From positions 46,130,001 to 46,194,000 of the forward strand of contig OZ076409.1 of the NCBI GenBank assembly GCA_964187785.1: a stretch of DNA of 64,000 nt. Direction: 5' to 3'. The notes under the pieces are model-generated. The model had not been told where the DNA came from and searched no databases. It saw only the letters and a program-made list of their open reading frames with translations. This stretch comes from Amphiscolops sp. MND2022. Taxonomy: Eukaryota. Made by a program: the position numbers and the translations under genes. This document shows positions 25,101 through 37,634 of the stretch, one piece after another (position 1 is the first letter of the stretch; every line of letters begins with the position of its first letter).

Positions 25101-26105
25101 AAACAAGCCGGGAACGGCCCAAGTGGGCGCCCCGCTCAAGGTTCAAAAAAGTTTTTCAAATATGCAAAAGAACACTTCTGTTAAAATTTCATCAACTTCA
25201 CAGTGCCAAAAAAATACCCTAAGGCATACGCATAAGACTTGAAAACCACTTTTCCCCAGCTGGAGACTTTCAAAAATTATTTTGATGAAGGTCTCCGGTA
25301 AGTCGCATAGTGCCGAAAACCCTAACTAGTCTTCTATGCTCACAAAGCGTTTCGTCCTTAGTAAAAATCGAGGGGCGTCCTTAAAAACAAATGAGAAAAA
25401 GTCACATATGAAAAATGCCTGTCTTAAAAAAACTAAATTCGGATATAGCCTTCTGAGAGAACCTATAAAAACCTAGTTGAAAGACGAAAATTGTTCATTT
25501 TGAAAAATGCCGAAAAAACCTGAAAGGGGGATCTTTTAGTCTACCCCGGAATTCTATGTTACGCTGAAAAAAGTAACAACTTTTATATTTCAGTTCCTTG
25601 TGCCAAATGGTCCAATTTGGCACCATAAAGTTTCGTAGAACTTCGTAGAACTATTTTGGTCAATTTGTGCGCATTGTGAAGAAGCGTCGACTAATAACAA
25701 TAAACCAACAGATAGGGAGATTACACTGTAAATTGTTCATATTTATATGTGAGAAAATACAATAATTTTTCGATCCACACGAACTGACCAAAATAGTTCT
25801 TAAAAACTTTAAGGAGCCAATTTGTACCATTTGGGACAGGAAACTGAACTATATTAGTTGTTCCTTCTTGAGCGTAACTTACAATACCGGACCAGACTAA
25901 ATGGTCCCCCCCATTTATTCGTCTGAGATTTTTCGAAAAATGTCTCCTACGGGTCCCCTCTTCAATTTTTGCATTATTTTGCAACCGAATGGATGTTAAA
26001 TTCCAATGGGTCCCTTTTTATATTTTTCGGCACAATGAAACTGTTTGAAAATCCATTTTTATTCCAAAAGTTTCAACGGGGCGCCATGTCATTCCCGGCT
26101 TGTTA
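25101..26105. mobile_element. Two decayed family-1 Helentron-like copies in opposite orientation
   Basis: First runs aacaagccgggaacggcccaagtgggcgcc to gaagcgtcgacta (~25693). A second fragment ends attcccggcttgtt (~26104). Confidence 0.5.
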
Positions 26106-26109
26106 AATA

Positions 26110-27378
26110 TACTGTGTCTCACAAAAATGTGACAAAAGATTCTCCGAACTCCAAAAGCACTAATTGATAAGGTATACCCTATTAAAGTAATTTATTAAAT
26201 GCTGCTGGACAGGACTTTATTGTTTTCAAGTTGATAGTTTTGACCTCAAGCATCAATCGGATGCAAAACCTTGCTTTTTTCATCGAGCATATTGTTACAA
26301 TTTGTGTGATTAAAAATGGTTCTAACGGATATCAGTTTTTGCTAGATTGAAAACTTTCCTTAGGTTAACTGAAGAACATGATAAGCTGCAATTTTTGTTC
26401 GAAAGGATAAAAATGATACCAACGGACATCAAAAATTTTGACAAAGCAAAGTAAGGGTTGTCATCAAGTCAAGAAACAGTATCACGACAACATTCCGTTA
26501 GCCATCAAACAGTACCGAGGATGCGAAAAAACTTGGAAAACGTGAGCCGCTTCCACGAGCATGTCGCCCTTCAAAGTTGTCGAAACAACACAAGCGAAAA
26601 ATGGTTCGAGATATTGGTTTGGAGAAAAACAAAAATTCCTTTTTTAGCATGTCGCAAGCTAGAAAAAAACGATTAATCAGCTGGTGCACCCTGAAACCAT
26701 CCGCAGAGCACTCAGAAACGCAGGTGTCAAGGCCATCGAGAAAAAGAAGCAATAGCTGCATCAACAACATCAGAAACTCCAAATAAACTTTGCGCCAAAA
26801 AACGCTGATTGAATAGTTTGGTCAAGGCGAAACAGAACTTAACAGGACTCAAAAGGAATGCAGTGGATCTGGAAGAAACCCAATAGTGCATTACAAGATC
26901 ACCATGTGCAAGTAACGACCAAACACGGAGGCGGGAATTTGATGTTTCCATGACGTGGGATGGAGTAGGACAAGCCTGTAAAATAGATGGAAACATGGAT
27001 AGTTGTTTTTTCTGAAACTTTTGTATTCTTCCTGGGAACGGTGAACTTCTTCATTCTGGATATTGAAATAACATTTTTCCAGCAGGATAACGACCATACA
27101 TCCTGATTGGTTAAACAATAGTTCTCAGATAATACGGTCTCTTCGTGGACTAGCCTCCGCAATCTCCTGACCTTAATCCTATCGAGCAACTTTGTAATGC
27201 TCTGAAAATTTGATTACAGTTGAATGCTGAGCCTACGAAAAGTATCCATGAGCTCTGGGAAAGGGTACAAGATAAATAGGTACAAATACCGGTATCGACC
27301 TGCCAATATCTTACATCGAGTATGTCCACACGAATTCAAGCTATTCTGAAAGCAAAATAATCCTACACGAAGTACTAA
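26110..27378 (+). mobile_element. Tc1-like transposase relic
   Basis: Frame-broken motifs KHGGGNLM, FQQDND, PPQSPDLNPIEQL and SMSTRIQAILKAK...YTKY*. No right TIR found. Confidence 0.8.
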
Positions 27379-28299
27379 AGTGTTTCCGATTCACGAAAAG
27401 TTATATCTGTAACTCTATCGACAATCAACATATGGTGTTGGGAAAAATCACAAAACTGGAACAATAAGAATTCTCCTTCAAGTGCCTTGATAGATATTCA
27501 TGTCGATAGCTTTAATAGTTGTACAGCTTTACCATTACTTGTCTAAAGAATTCTGCTTCGTCACTTAACTACAAAGAATGATTTACTAAAAAGCTGAACG
27601 AAATCGATCATGATGGCTGATGTGCTTGGCAACGATGTAATGGAAAGAGGAATGACACAGTCAAACAGTAATGAGCAATGGTCAAACAGATACAGAGCTT
27701 TCACCTCATTTTATTCAGTGGATGGTCTATGAAACCGTTTACGTTCCGTTCTTCGATATCAATTGTAAGTGAATTTTCTCATTTTTGACACATCACATAT
27801 TTCACAGAATATCATTATCTACAAGGGATGTGATTCGACTTAAGGTCAACAGATTTCCATTGATTGTAAAACGCACCGCAGAATCCCGAAAGACATTAAT
27901 GAAGCGGTGATATTGAAACTCAAGATGGGTCACTCAGACGATGTGACGTATGGGATAGTCCACAACAAGCATAATTCTTATGATAAACTTAATTAGTTCA
28001 AGGGATGAGCCAGCAAGGCCATGACTGAACGTGGACAACCAACAAAGGTCCAGGCTGGGTTCTTGCGATGCCAACCTTACATTCTGAGATGGTTGAAAGT
28101 AATGATCAAGACCTACAGAAGTTTTTAACAAAACGAAGCCATCTATCAATCGGAAGACAAATCCTTGAAAGCCATCGCCGACATCACGGCGATTGCTAAT
28201 GACATTACGGTCACTTTGGAAAAAATAATAGCTACAACCCCTTGTCTGGTACCTGAGAATTCCTCACCAACTATTTTTACAACAAAGCTTAGTACTCCT

Positions 28300-28800
28300 T
28301 AAAAAATCTTTTGGTCTTTCTTTTTCTGCTTTTTAGGCTTTCATGTTCATTAATAGAAGAAGCATATCTGGAATAACCTAACACTCCTGTTTAATCATTA
28401 TATAGCGCAAAATTATTCACGGTACCAGTTTACACCGCATTTAATTCTTCTCGGACTAAAGAAAATATAACTACTAAGAGTAGACATTCGCATTTGAATG
28501 CAGGCGAAGCTCTCGGCGAACGAATAATAACACTCGGCGTACGAAAGCATAATTACGAACATTTGCTCGCTTCATCTCAATGAATTCGGCGTACGAATGC
28601 ATAATTACCACTCGCTCGTTTCATCGCACGAGAAACGAATTGTCGGAAGCTTAAGAAATTTAAATCTCACGCTTATACTCACTGCCGAACAAAATATCTG
28701 AATTTTTCAGTAGGTACTCGAATCGCTTAGAAAAGTTGACTGAAAAAAGCTGCATAGTTCAGATTTTTAAATTATTCCTGCTATCGCAGAAATAATAAAA
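28300..28800 (-). mobile_element. Helentron/DINE-like element, family 2
   Basis: Same body and palindromic end ttattcctgctatcgcagaaataat. Confidence 0.6.
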
Positions 28801-30229
28801 ACAAGACGCCCGCTGAGCAGCGGGATATTTTCCGCCCCGAACTGTTCTACAACTACATAAGTTTGAGGCTCAAGAATAAGCCAATGGCCAATGCACTATA
28901 AAAATGCCAATAAGTTCGAAGAAAAGAAAACTTTGATTCATCGTACCCCATTTTAAAGGAAACCCCTAATTTATCATTTCAGAGAGCTGGCCACCTTTCG
29001 TTTTTTCGGCACTATGCGACTTACCGAGAAAAAAGAAAGTTTTCAATAAATTTTTTGAAAATAATTTTTTTAAAACAATTTTCAAAATTTTTAGTTTTCG
29101 AGTTTTTCTGTAAAGGAAACAAGTTTTCCGAGTCTTGAGGGTGACCTCTTTGTTACTTTTGATCACGTGGAACTGATGAGTTTTCTTCTTGATTGTGGGA
29201 AATACCTGATTCAAGTTTTTTTCGACTCTGTACCTCTTTCCGAAACTTTCATTTGGTCAAAATGTACCCCTTGCTTTCATAGCACATTTCGGCTTGAGAA
29301 AAGCAGTTTCGCGAGCTGAAACTCGTTTCGCCATAAATGAAAAAAAGGAAAATGGTAAAAGCTTGAAATTAGGTCTGTTTCAAATTTAGGAAAGTTGATC
29401 GAACCCGGTTTGTTATATTATTGTAAATTGTTTCACCAGAAGTGTCAAAAATTGCAAATAGTTTTGACAACTTTAGGGTCACTGTGAGGAACTTTTCGAA
29501 CATGAATCTACAGATGTCTCTTCAAAAATAAGCCTACTGGACACCGAGTTTAGCTGTTGTTGAATGTTTACACCATTCTAACCCACGAGTAGCTCGAAAC
29601 ATCTTTCTTAGGAAGATGTACTCCATATCTAGTGAATTTGCTTGGAGGTTTTTGAATAACAAATATTGGCCAAATGAGGTTGAAATTTATGTTTTCAAGT
29701 AAAGTATTTGAAAGTTGTGCAAACAAACTTGTCTGATATCTTTTCGGAACACTACCGGTAGCTAGACGTTTCAATCCTGAGCCTATGATATTTATGATTG
29801 AAGTAAGTTTTAGGAAAGTGTCCAAAAATGGGACTATATTGTCGAAAATAAAGAAAGTTCGGAAACTTTGACATCTTTGCTGTAAACTCGGTGAACTTCA
29901 TGCCCATTTTTCCCACAATTGCGTTTTGAATACCTTATTGTTTAAACGCTGAGGTCATTGAAATTTCTCTTCCTTAAAAACTTTCATGGCTTGAACAAAA
30001 ATGGGATTAGTTTGTCAAACATTGTGCTTTTTTGTTGTTTCATGGATTTTTGGGTGTTTTTGAGAAAATTGCCTACTGGAGATACCCGGAGTAGTTAGTG
30101 TTGAGTGTTTAAAACCATTTTATGCAAGGAAGTAGGTCAAAAAAACCAAAAAACTGCCTGAAATTGTAAAAAAAACTTGAAAATTTTCAGTTTTTCCAAA
30201 ATATTCAGTTTTCCAAGGCTCACCGAAAC

Positions 30230-31270
30230 AACAAGTTTGCCCACGCCTTAAGCGTTTAAACACTGTAGTCCACGAAGTCTATCGATATTTTGACAAAAAG
30301 TGGAAAAAAAGGAATTTGAAAATTTTTCGAAATTTTGTCTTTTTCGATCTCGATTCCGGACAATTTCCTATTGAAAAACTGTATTTATCTCTTTTTTAAG
30401 CATACTAGACAACACTTATTTTCCTTGTTGACCCTTGTCAACGTTCCAATTGGCGAAGTCTATCAAAAATTTGGAAAAAATGCATGAAATCTTTGAAAAT
30501 TGGAAATTTTTGGGATTTTTGTCATTTTCGGTGTCAATTTGAGACATTTTCAATCAGAATATTGCAATTATGTCTTCATTAAAGACTACGGGACGTACCA
30601 ATTTTTTCATTGTTGACCCTTCAAAACATTCCAATCCACGAAGTCTGTGAAACTTTAACAAAAAAGGCATAAAACTTTACTTTGAAAGTTGGAAAATTTT
30701 GTGTTTTTTTTGTCAATTTCGGTGTCAATTTGAGACATTTTCATTTAGAAAAATGCAATAAACTCTTAAAAATGGTCACTGGACAACCAACGTTTTCCTT
30801 GTTGACCCCTTAAAACATTCCAATCCACGAAGTCTCCAAAATTTGACGAGAAATGCGTAGAAACTTTGAAAAATGGAAAATTTAGGGACTTTTGTCATTT
30901 TCGGTGTCAATTTGAGACTTTTTTCAGTAATAAAACAGCCATTATCTTTTCGGAAACGCCTACTGGACAACAAACCTTGTACCATGTTGATCGTTTTCAA
31001 CATTCCACGAATTCTATCGAAAATTTGACAAAAACTGCTTAAAAACGTTAAAAATCTGGAAATTTTTGGTTTTCTTTGTCATTTTTGGGTCTTTTTCTTT
31101 CCAAAAAACCGCATTTATCTCTTCATAAACGACTACTGGACAACGAGTTTTTGTCTTTGTGAATCTTTTCAACATTCTAATCCACGACATTTATCGGAAA
31201 CTCGACAAAAATTGCATTAAAACGTAAAAAAATGCAAATTTTCTTTTTTTGGGGTCATTTTTAAGTTATT
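30230..31270. repeat. Degenerate ~180-bp tandem array, about 6 units
   Basis: Variants of cattccaatccacgaagtct recur at about 30265, 30445, 30628, 30817, 31003 and 31173. Confidence 0.7.
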
Positions 31271-32329
31271 TTGGGGTCATTCTGGGGCCCTTGGGGTCAA
31301 CTAAAAAAGTCCGGAAATCTCCACAAATACAATTCGCACGAAGCTAAATTTATGTGAGCTGAATTCTATGGGTGAAACCCTTTAGCTTTGATATAAATAA
31401 ATTCTTGGCAAATTTTGTAAAAAAAAAAACCCGTTCGATTTAAATATTTTCCTTTCCCATATGAAATATGGGCGGAAAATAACAAATACGGATTCCCTGT
31501 GGGCAAGAACAGAGCGTTACTTTGAAACAAATCGATCGGTCATTAGCCAATAAACTAAGTGATAAAACCCTCAACAATCTTGGTAAAATGTCCAAATCAG
31601 TGACGTGTACAGAAAAGGTCCCCATATACCTGATCAAAACAAAAAGATAGTTGAACTCATTAATCAATCGGATGGGCCACAGTTTTTGGCGCTGCGATCA
31701 AGAAAAAAGTTTCCGTGAACGTGATTTTCTGATTACACATGAACTACCCCGGCCAGGAACACGAATTGGAGCAAAAAATACTTCTAAAACGTTTTGACTG
31801 GTTCAAAACCAGGGCTCCAAAAAGCTATTTAAAAATTCGTGGTCTCCAACTCTTCAAAAACGATCAAGAGGTAAAAATAAAATGACTATCAACCCCAACA
31901 ATCCTCTATGGTAACATGAAAAGCCTTCTTTCAATCAATTGACGTCTGGTGTTCGTGAAGCGTTGATACCCGTATAATGCTGATGTCATATGAGCATCAG
32001 AAACCTGGTTTGGCGACAAAGTCTCAAACATCTCTCCAGAGAGTGATTGTGGTTATGTCATCGCCTGTAGAAAATATAGCAAAACTGGGAGTGAAAATAT
32101 AGCAAAGCATGGTTGCGTTCGTATTCTTGGAAAAATCACTCAATAGTAAAGTTGATTTTGCCACTGCATGAATTATTAGGACAAACGAATCTTCCTTGAT
32201 AGGAGCTATCTTTTGTAACGCACCCAAAAAAACCCTTACCGAGTACAGGAATCAGCTATACTCAAAGTCTCCGAAGTTATTGGAAGCCTTGCATTTATGA
32301 GTCAGTCTAACTATTCTCAAGACGCATTC

Positions 32330-34330
32330 TTGATCGTAATGGTGATGCCCCATCTTCTACTCCCCCGAACGAAAGTGTTGAATAACAACCAAACGCTAGT
32401 GCGACGTTTAGAAATGTGGCTGAACGGACGATTCGGCGATGTTTCATGAAGCAAAAGCCCTAGAATTACGTCTCCAGCCAAACAAAGACATTTTCAAAGA
32501 CTTCAATCAACATGTACCACCAGGAAAATTTTGGAACCCGCTCAGGTCTCTAGAGGTAGATCAGAAAGGTAACGTACTGTCGGTCAGCGATAAAGTTGCT
32601 AACAAAACCGAACCAAATCTTGATCGCAAAACATCGAAAGCCAGCAGACAGTAAGGAAAATAACTTGGTTAAGAATTCCCTTGAACAGACTCTCATTCCA
32701 CACCTCAAGTTTTGACCAACTTAACGCCCGAACGATTCCAAAAGCCGCCATGAAAACTCAAGGTGACCAGAGACCGCCAGATTTAGACGGAAATGAATGG
32801 CGACGCTTTGACACTTTTCGGACAATTCTCGGTTAACCTCTGCAAAAGCTTAGCTGACATAGCAAAACCTATCGCCACAACCGAGCAACCTTCCGTAACC
32901 CTCAAAACCTATAACGCTTGCCGTTTGATTCCATTGGACAAGAATCACAATGTAAGGCCTATTGGCGTAGGGGAACTTCGACGAACAATTGGAAGAAGTA
33001 TTCTAAAAGTCATCTCCCACGACCTCAAACAGCTTGGAGGCAACCTGCAGCTTTGCCTAGGCCAAAAATGCGGAATAAAATTCGCCATTCACTTTCAGAG
33101 ACTCCTTTGACAAACCTGAATCGACAGGAATGCTCCTAATTGACGCCACCAATGCATTCAACAGTTTCAATAGAAAATTAGCACTCAAAAAAGGAAGCAT
33201 GTGCATCCCTTCTCAATCCTATGAAGATCTTTCATACATCGCCTTGCTCCCTATCTGTCAACGGTAGAGTGATTCTCACAAACAGACACAACTGGAGCTG
33301 ATCATCGTGCAATGGCAATGAATGGAATTGCCCTTTTGCCATTACGAGCACTCAGATCGGTCATCGGCAGCGCATCTGCCAGTCAAGACTTCAAAACAAA
33401 AAAGTCAGAGCAAGCAAAGACCACTTCGAAACTCTCACAGAACGCCAACACAGCCCCTCAAAATAAATATTAAGGGTATACCAAAGGCATGGAAACCAAA
33501 GTGTCGTTATTAACTCGAACAACGCCCAACATGTAATAGTGTCTGCAAGAGCCCGAGACACTAAGCAGAGAAAATCTAATTCCATTACTGACACGAGAAA
33601 ACGCAACGACTACAGATGAAATTTTATTGTCCCTCACCGTAAGAAATGGAGGTCTCAGGACAATTCCTCCCGAAGACAAAAATAACCGCAACATAGGATC
33701 AAGCGCGTTCAAAAAATTTTTGACGGATTAAATAGTGAAACAAGACGCTAGAAAAATCAGCTCTACAACCACCAACTGGGGACGGAGTAAAGGGCATCTC
33801 ATTGGCTCAGTGCCATACCCCTCAAAAGATACGGGTTCTCAATAACAAAGTTTCGCGACGGTCTTGCGAAACGACATGGATGAAATACGAAGAATATTCC
33901 ATCATCATGTCCCTGTGAAGAAATTTCAATCTAGTGCACGCACTGCATTGTACCAAAGGCGGATATACACATGAGACATAACGAAATCCGTGACGTTTTG
34001 CAAATCTCATGAAGGGTGTTTGCTTCGATGTGAAACTTGAACCAAAGCACCAGCCGTTAGAAGGCAAGTCCTTTAATAACAACGACCACTGAAGAGGCCA
34101 GGTTGGATTTCAAAGCAAACGAGATTTCATCGTACGTTTTTCGATGAGAAAAAAATCAATCCTCATGCAAGATCTTGCCCCAGAACGATCAAGAAAGCCA
34201 AAATCATGAAGCTCAAAAACGATTGAAGTACGAGCAATGAATTGTCGAAGGTGAAAGCAGCTCCTTCAAGTCGCTCGTGTTTGCCATCACAGGTGGAGCC
34301 ACACCGACTGCCTCTAAGGTCATGACCAGT
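32330..34330 (+). mobile_element. Decayed CRE-like (restriction-like endonuclease) non-LTR retrotransposon
   Basis: RT motifs ACRLIPLDKNHNVRPIGVGE...LQLCLGQ and LLIDATNAFNS. C-terminal HALHCTKGGY...RHNEIRD, ARLDF and SFKSLVF..TGG. Many frameshifts. Confidence 0.75.
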
Positions 34331-35148
34331 ATCACATCTCTCCTCTTCAGCTAGAGCGGGTACTTAATATTTGGAAGTTTTCAGATGATTGTTGAAAATG
34401 CTCTATGGATGCGGGGCTCCGCGGTTTGACTTGCTCCTTGAAGTTCTCACCAAAACTGGTTAGTGCAGAATACGTTTTATTTCTCTCCCTCTTGCTCTAA
34501 ATATTTCAAATGTGTTTTTTGCTTATATACAGTCATATCTATTTGAATTCTTCCCTTCATTCACTCATCAGTAGTAATCAATAATAAATGACATCGGTTA
34601 GCGCCATTTTGACTTTAAGATAAGTTTTAAAGTTTACAGTTCATTAAAGGAATGTGGGGTCGTTAAATGATTGAGGGGTGATTAGGAGATTAAGAGAGTA
34701 ATTTACACGGGCTATCTCACTTGGACTTTTCAGGCTCGAAATCAATGAGCGAAAAGAGTGAAGACACTTATGCAGAGGTAACGGGCTACTTAAGAACGAA
34801 AGTTAGTTCTGTGCCTCTGCGGGTGATGTTCACTCAAACGACAACCCGAAATCATCGATTCAGCTATCGTGGCATTAGTGGAAGAAGGAAGACTGTCTTA
34901 GTGGCACTACCGCAAGGTATCCCTTGACGTTCATTTATTTGCTAATTTCCATTTCACGATGAGCAATGTCTAACACTGTGATATTACAGCAGTAAATTTT
35001 CCACCACTTCTCAAGATTTCAAATATTTATTTATGTGGGACTCTGCAAGGAGACTCTGCAGATTGCACCGTATACGACACCCTCTTCAACTCTTATCGCA
35101 AGTGTAATCAGCTGAGTTCCACAAGGGTTCATTCTAGAACCATTATTA

Positions 35149-35367
35149 TTATTCACCAATGAACTTTCGGACTCAATCCGATCAAGCTTTCCACGAATGA
35201 TACAAAAACGTCCAAAATCAACAATCTGTCTCCGATATCCTTATTCACCAATGAACTTTCGGACTCAATCCGATCAAGCTTTCCACGAATGATACAAAAA
35301 CGTCCAAAATCAACAATCTGTCTCCGATATCCTTCAACGAAATGTTCCGATATCCTTCAACGAAATG
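35149..35367. repeat. Exact ~92-bp tandem duplication plus a short ~23-bp duplication
   Basis: ttattcaccaatgaac...ctccgatatcc occurs twice, then tccgatatccttcaacgaaatg is repeated. Confidence 0.85.
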
Positions 35368-35396
35368 AAATCACTTTCATCAAAAGATCTTCATCA

Positions 35397-35710
35397 AGCG
35401 CTGCGATACGGATGGGAACCAGTTAAACTTCCGAGTAACTGTGCTTGCAACGAACCATTCACAGTATCCCACGCATTGCACTGCCCTAAAGGTGGTTACA
35501 CCCACATAAAAGTACGCTATAAAACTGGCCAAAGGGCGCCTCCTGCTGGCTCAATGCCCTGCCGCTTAAGAAATATCACTTAGACTTAACAAAAAGTGAA
35601 TTTCGCGACGGCATAGCGCTGCGATACGGATGGGAACCAGTTAAACTTCCGAGTAACTGTGCTTGCAACGAATCATTCACAGTATCCCACGCATTGCACT
35701 GCCCTAAAGG
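35397..35710 (+). pseudogene. Duplicated CRE-like zinc-finger fragment
   Basis: LRYGWEPVKLPSNCACNEPFTVSHALHCPKG is encoded at about 35400 and again at about 35619. Confidence 0.7.
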
Positions 35711-37634
35711 AAGGTAGACTGCTGATCTAATATAAAATGCCTTAGTGCTATTCACATGACGTGCTTTCAAGCTAGACATTTATATTTGATGCTATTATTA
35801 TTTTTTATAAATTTAGGAGCCTCCACTTGCTTAATTTAATTGATGATTTTTTACTAATAATTGTAAATTATTGGGGGTCGTCGTTGACACCTGGGGAGGC
35901 TTCGGGCTTGGAACGTATCGGTGCCACCCTTTATTTCTAGACTGCCCACTATTTAATTTCGGGCTACACATTTAAAAATCATCCATCCTAAAACTTGGCC
36001 CCGATGCGCTCGACCCCTTATTCAAAGTAAGAAGAAAGCAAAGTGAAGAAGAGTTCATCAAAAGATCTGGCCGTTTATCTCGTCCGATCTTGCGTGGAAT
36101 GAACATTAGAATCGAAAACTATGTCACCTCTACTGCCTGCTAATTAAGCTAAAACGTGGTGTCATTCCGTTCTACACTGGAACTAATATGAAGATAATGC
36201 TCTTATTTACTCTCCAGTCCATTCTAAAATTCTCGAATAGGGTAACCTAGGGTACCCAAGGTAAAAAAGAAGAGCAAATTGAAAATGCTTTCAAAAAGAC
36301 TATCATCATCATCACTCAAACCGCTTAGGGATTTTCAAATCTTTAAAAACTTCAACTTTCCTCAATTATGAGTAAAAAAATTGATGAACTAACGTGAACT
36401 GTGGCAAGGTTATCAGTGAAGAGCTCATTCAAGAAATTACAGAGGCCGCTGTTGGTCAAACCATTCCCATTTGAATATATTTGAAAAACTTGTCGAATTT
36501 CGTCTTTACTTTCCGTGTAGGCAAACTTCATGTTGATTAGCTATGGGAAATTGATCATCTATAATTCTGAAAAGAGATCGGATGGGAACCTGGACTCTTT
36601 GGAACTTAGATATTTGGCCTTATTCATATAGTATCGAACAAACTTAGGGAATTTTAATTTATTTAAACGTTTCTGTGAACGCTGAAACTGACACAGAGTC
36701 TCAGAAATAGTTTTCAATTAATGATATCGGTGCCAAGATCTTTGACGAGAACTGCAAAAGTCTCCAATTTCAACCGCTGTGAAGCATTTTTCTCGGAATT
36801 CTAGCATTAACTCAGGTTAGAAGTGTGAAAAGTTCCTTTCTGCAGCAGTAAAATTAACACGCAGTTTCCATTTCTGCACTAAAATTATTTCCACGAAAAA
36901 CTTTTACACATCATCAAAATTTAATGAGGACAGAACGTTTTTTTTCGATATTTATGCGCATTTTACATTCAAAGCTTAATTGTGGTAGGCTGGTCGAATG
37001 GCTTCAGACAATTCATGCTCGAGACTACTTTTGAAATACACGCCGAAGTTTATAAGTACTCACTATCTTACCCTCACTTTTTTATGCAGCACCAATTTGG
37101 CTTGAGAAAAACCTCAAATACGTCACAGCAGTACAGAACAATTTCATAAGGACAGTTTTTAGACACGGATTTTCGCCGAATATCGACTCATGTCAAGTTC
37201 TGCTAGGAACGCCGCCCCTTGATCTTCTGAGTACAGCCATCAACGTCAAATTTCTCTTGAAGCTCAAACTAGAAGACGATTTACTACATTGGACCCATGA
37301 TGCATCTTCATCTTTTCCGGACAGTGTTGCTGTGAAAGTGAAAGAATGAATTGACGTTTCTATATAAAACAACTGAGATATAAAGTACGCGTACAAAATA
37401 AAATCGCACGTGTAAAAATATGTAATAGAGAATAGAGCGAAAAGGTTATGAAAGTTATGAAAGTTAAACACTGATTTATTCATGAAAATGGTCAGTCAAG
37501 TTTTTGAAGAGCAAACCGGGCCTTGAATGAATGAATGAATGAATGAATTCCGGGCCTTTTCACAACCGGGCCTTTGTGTGGGCCAATAAATTGTTCAGCG
37601 GGGCGCCTGTAAAGGTGATCAGGGATTCCAATAG

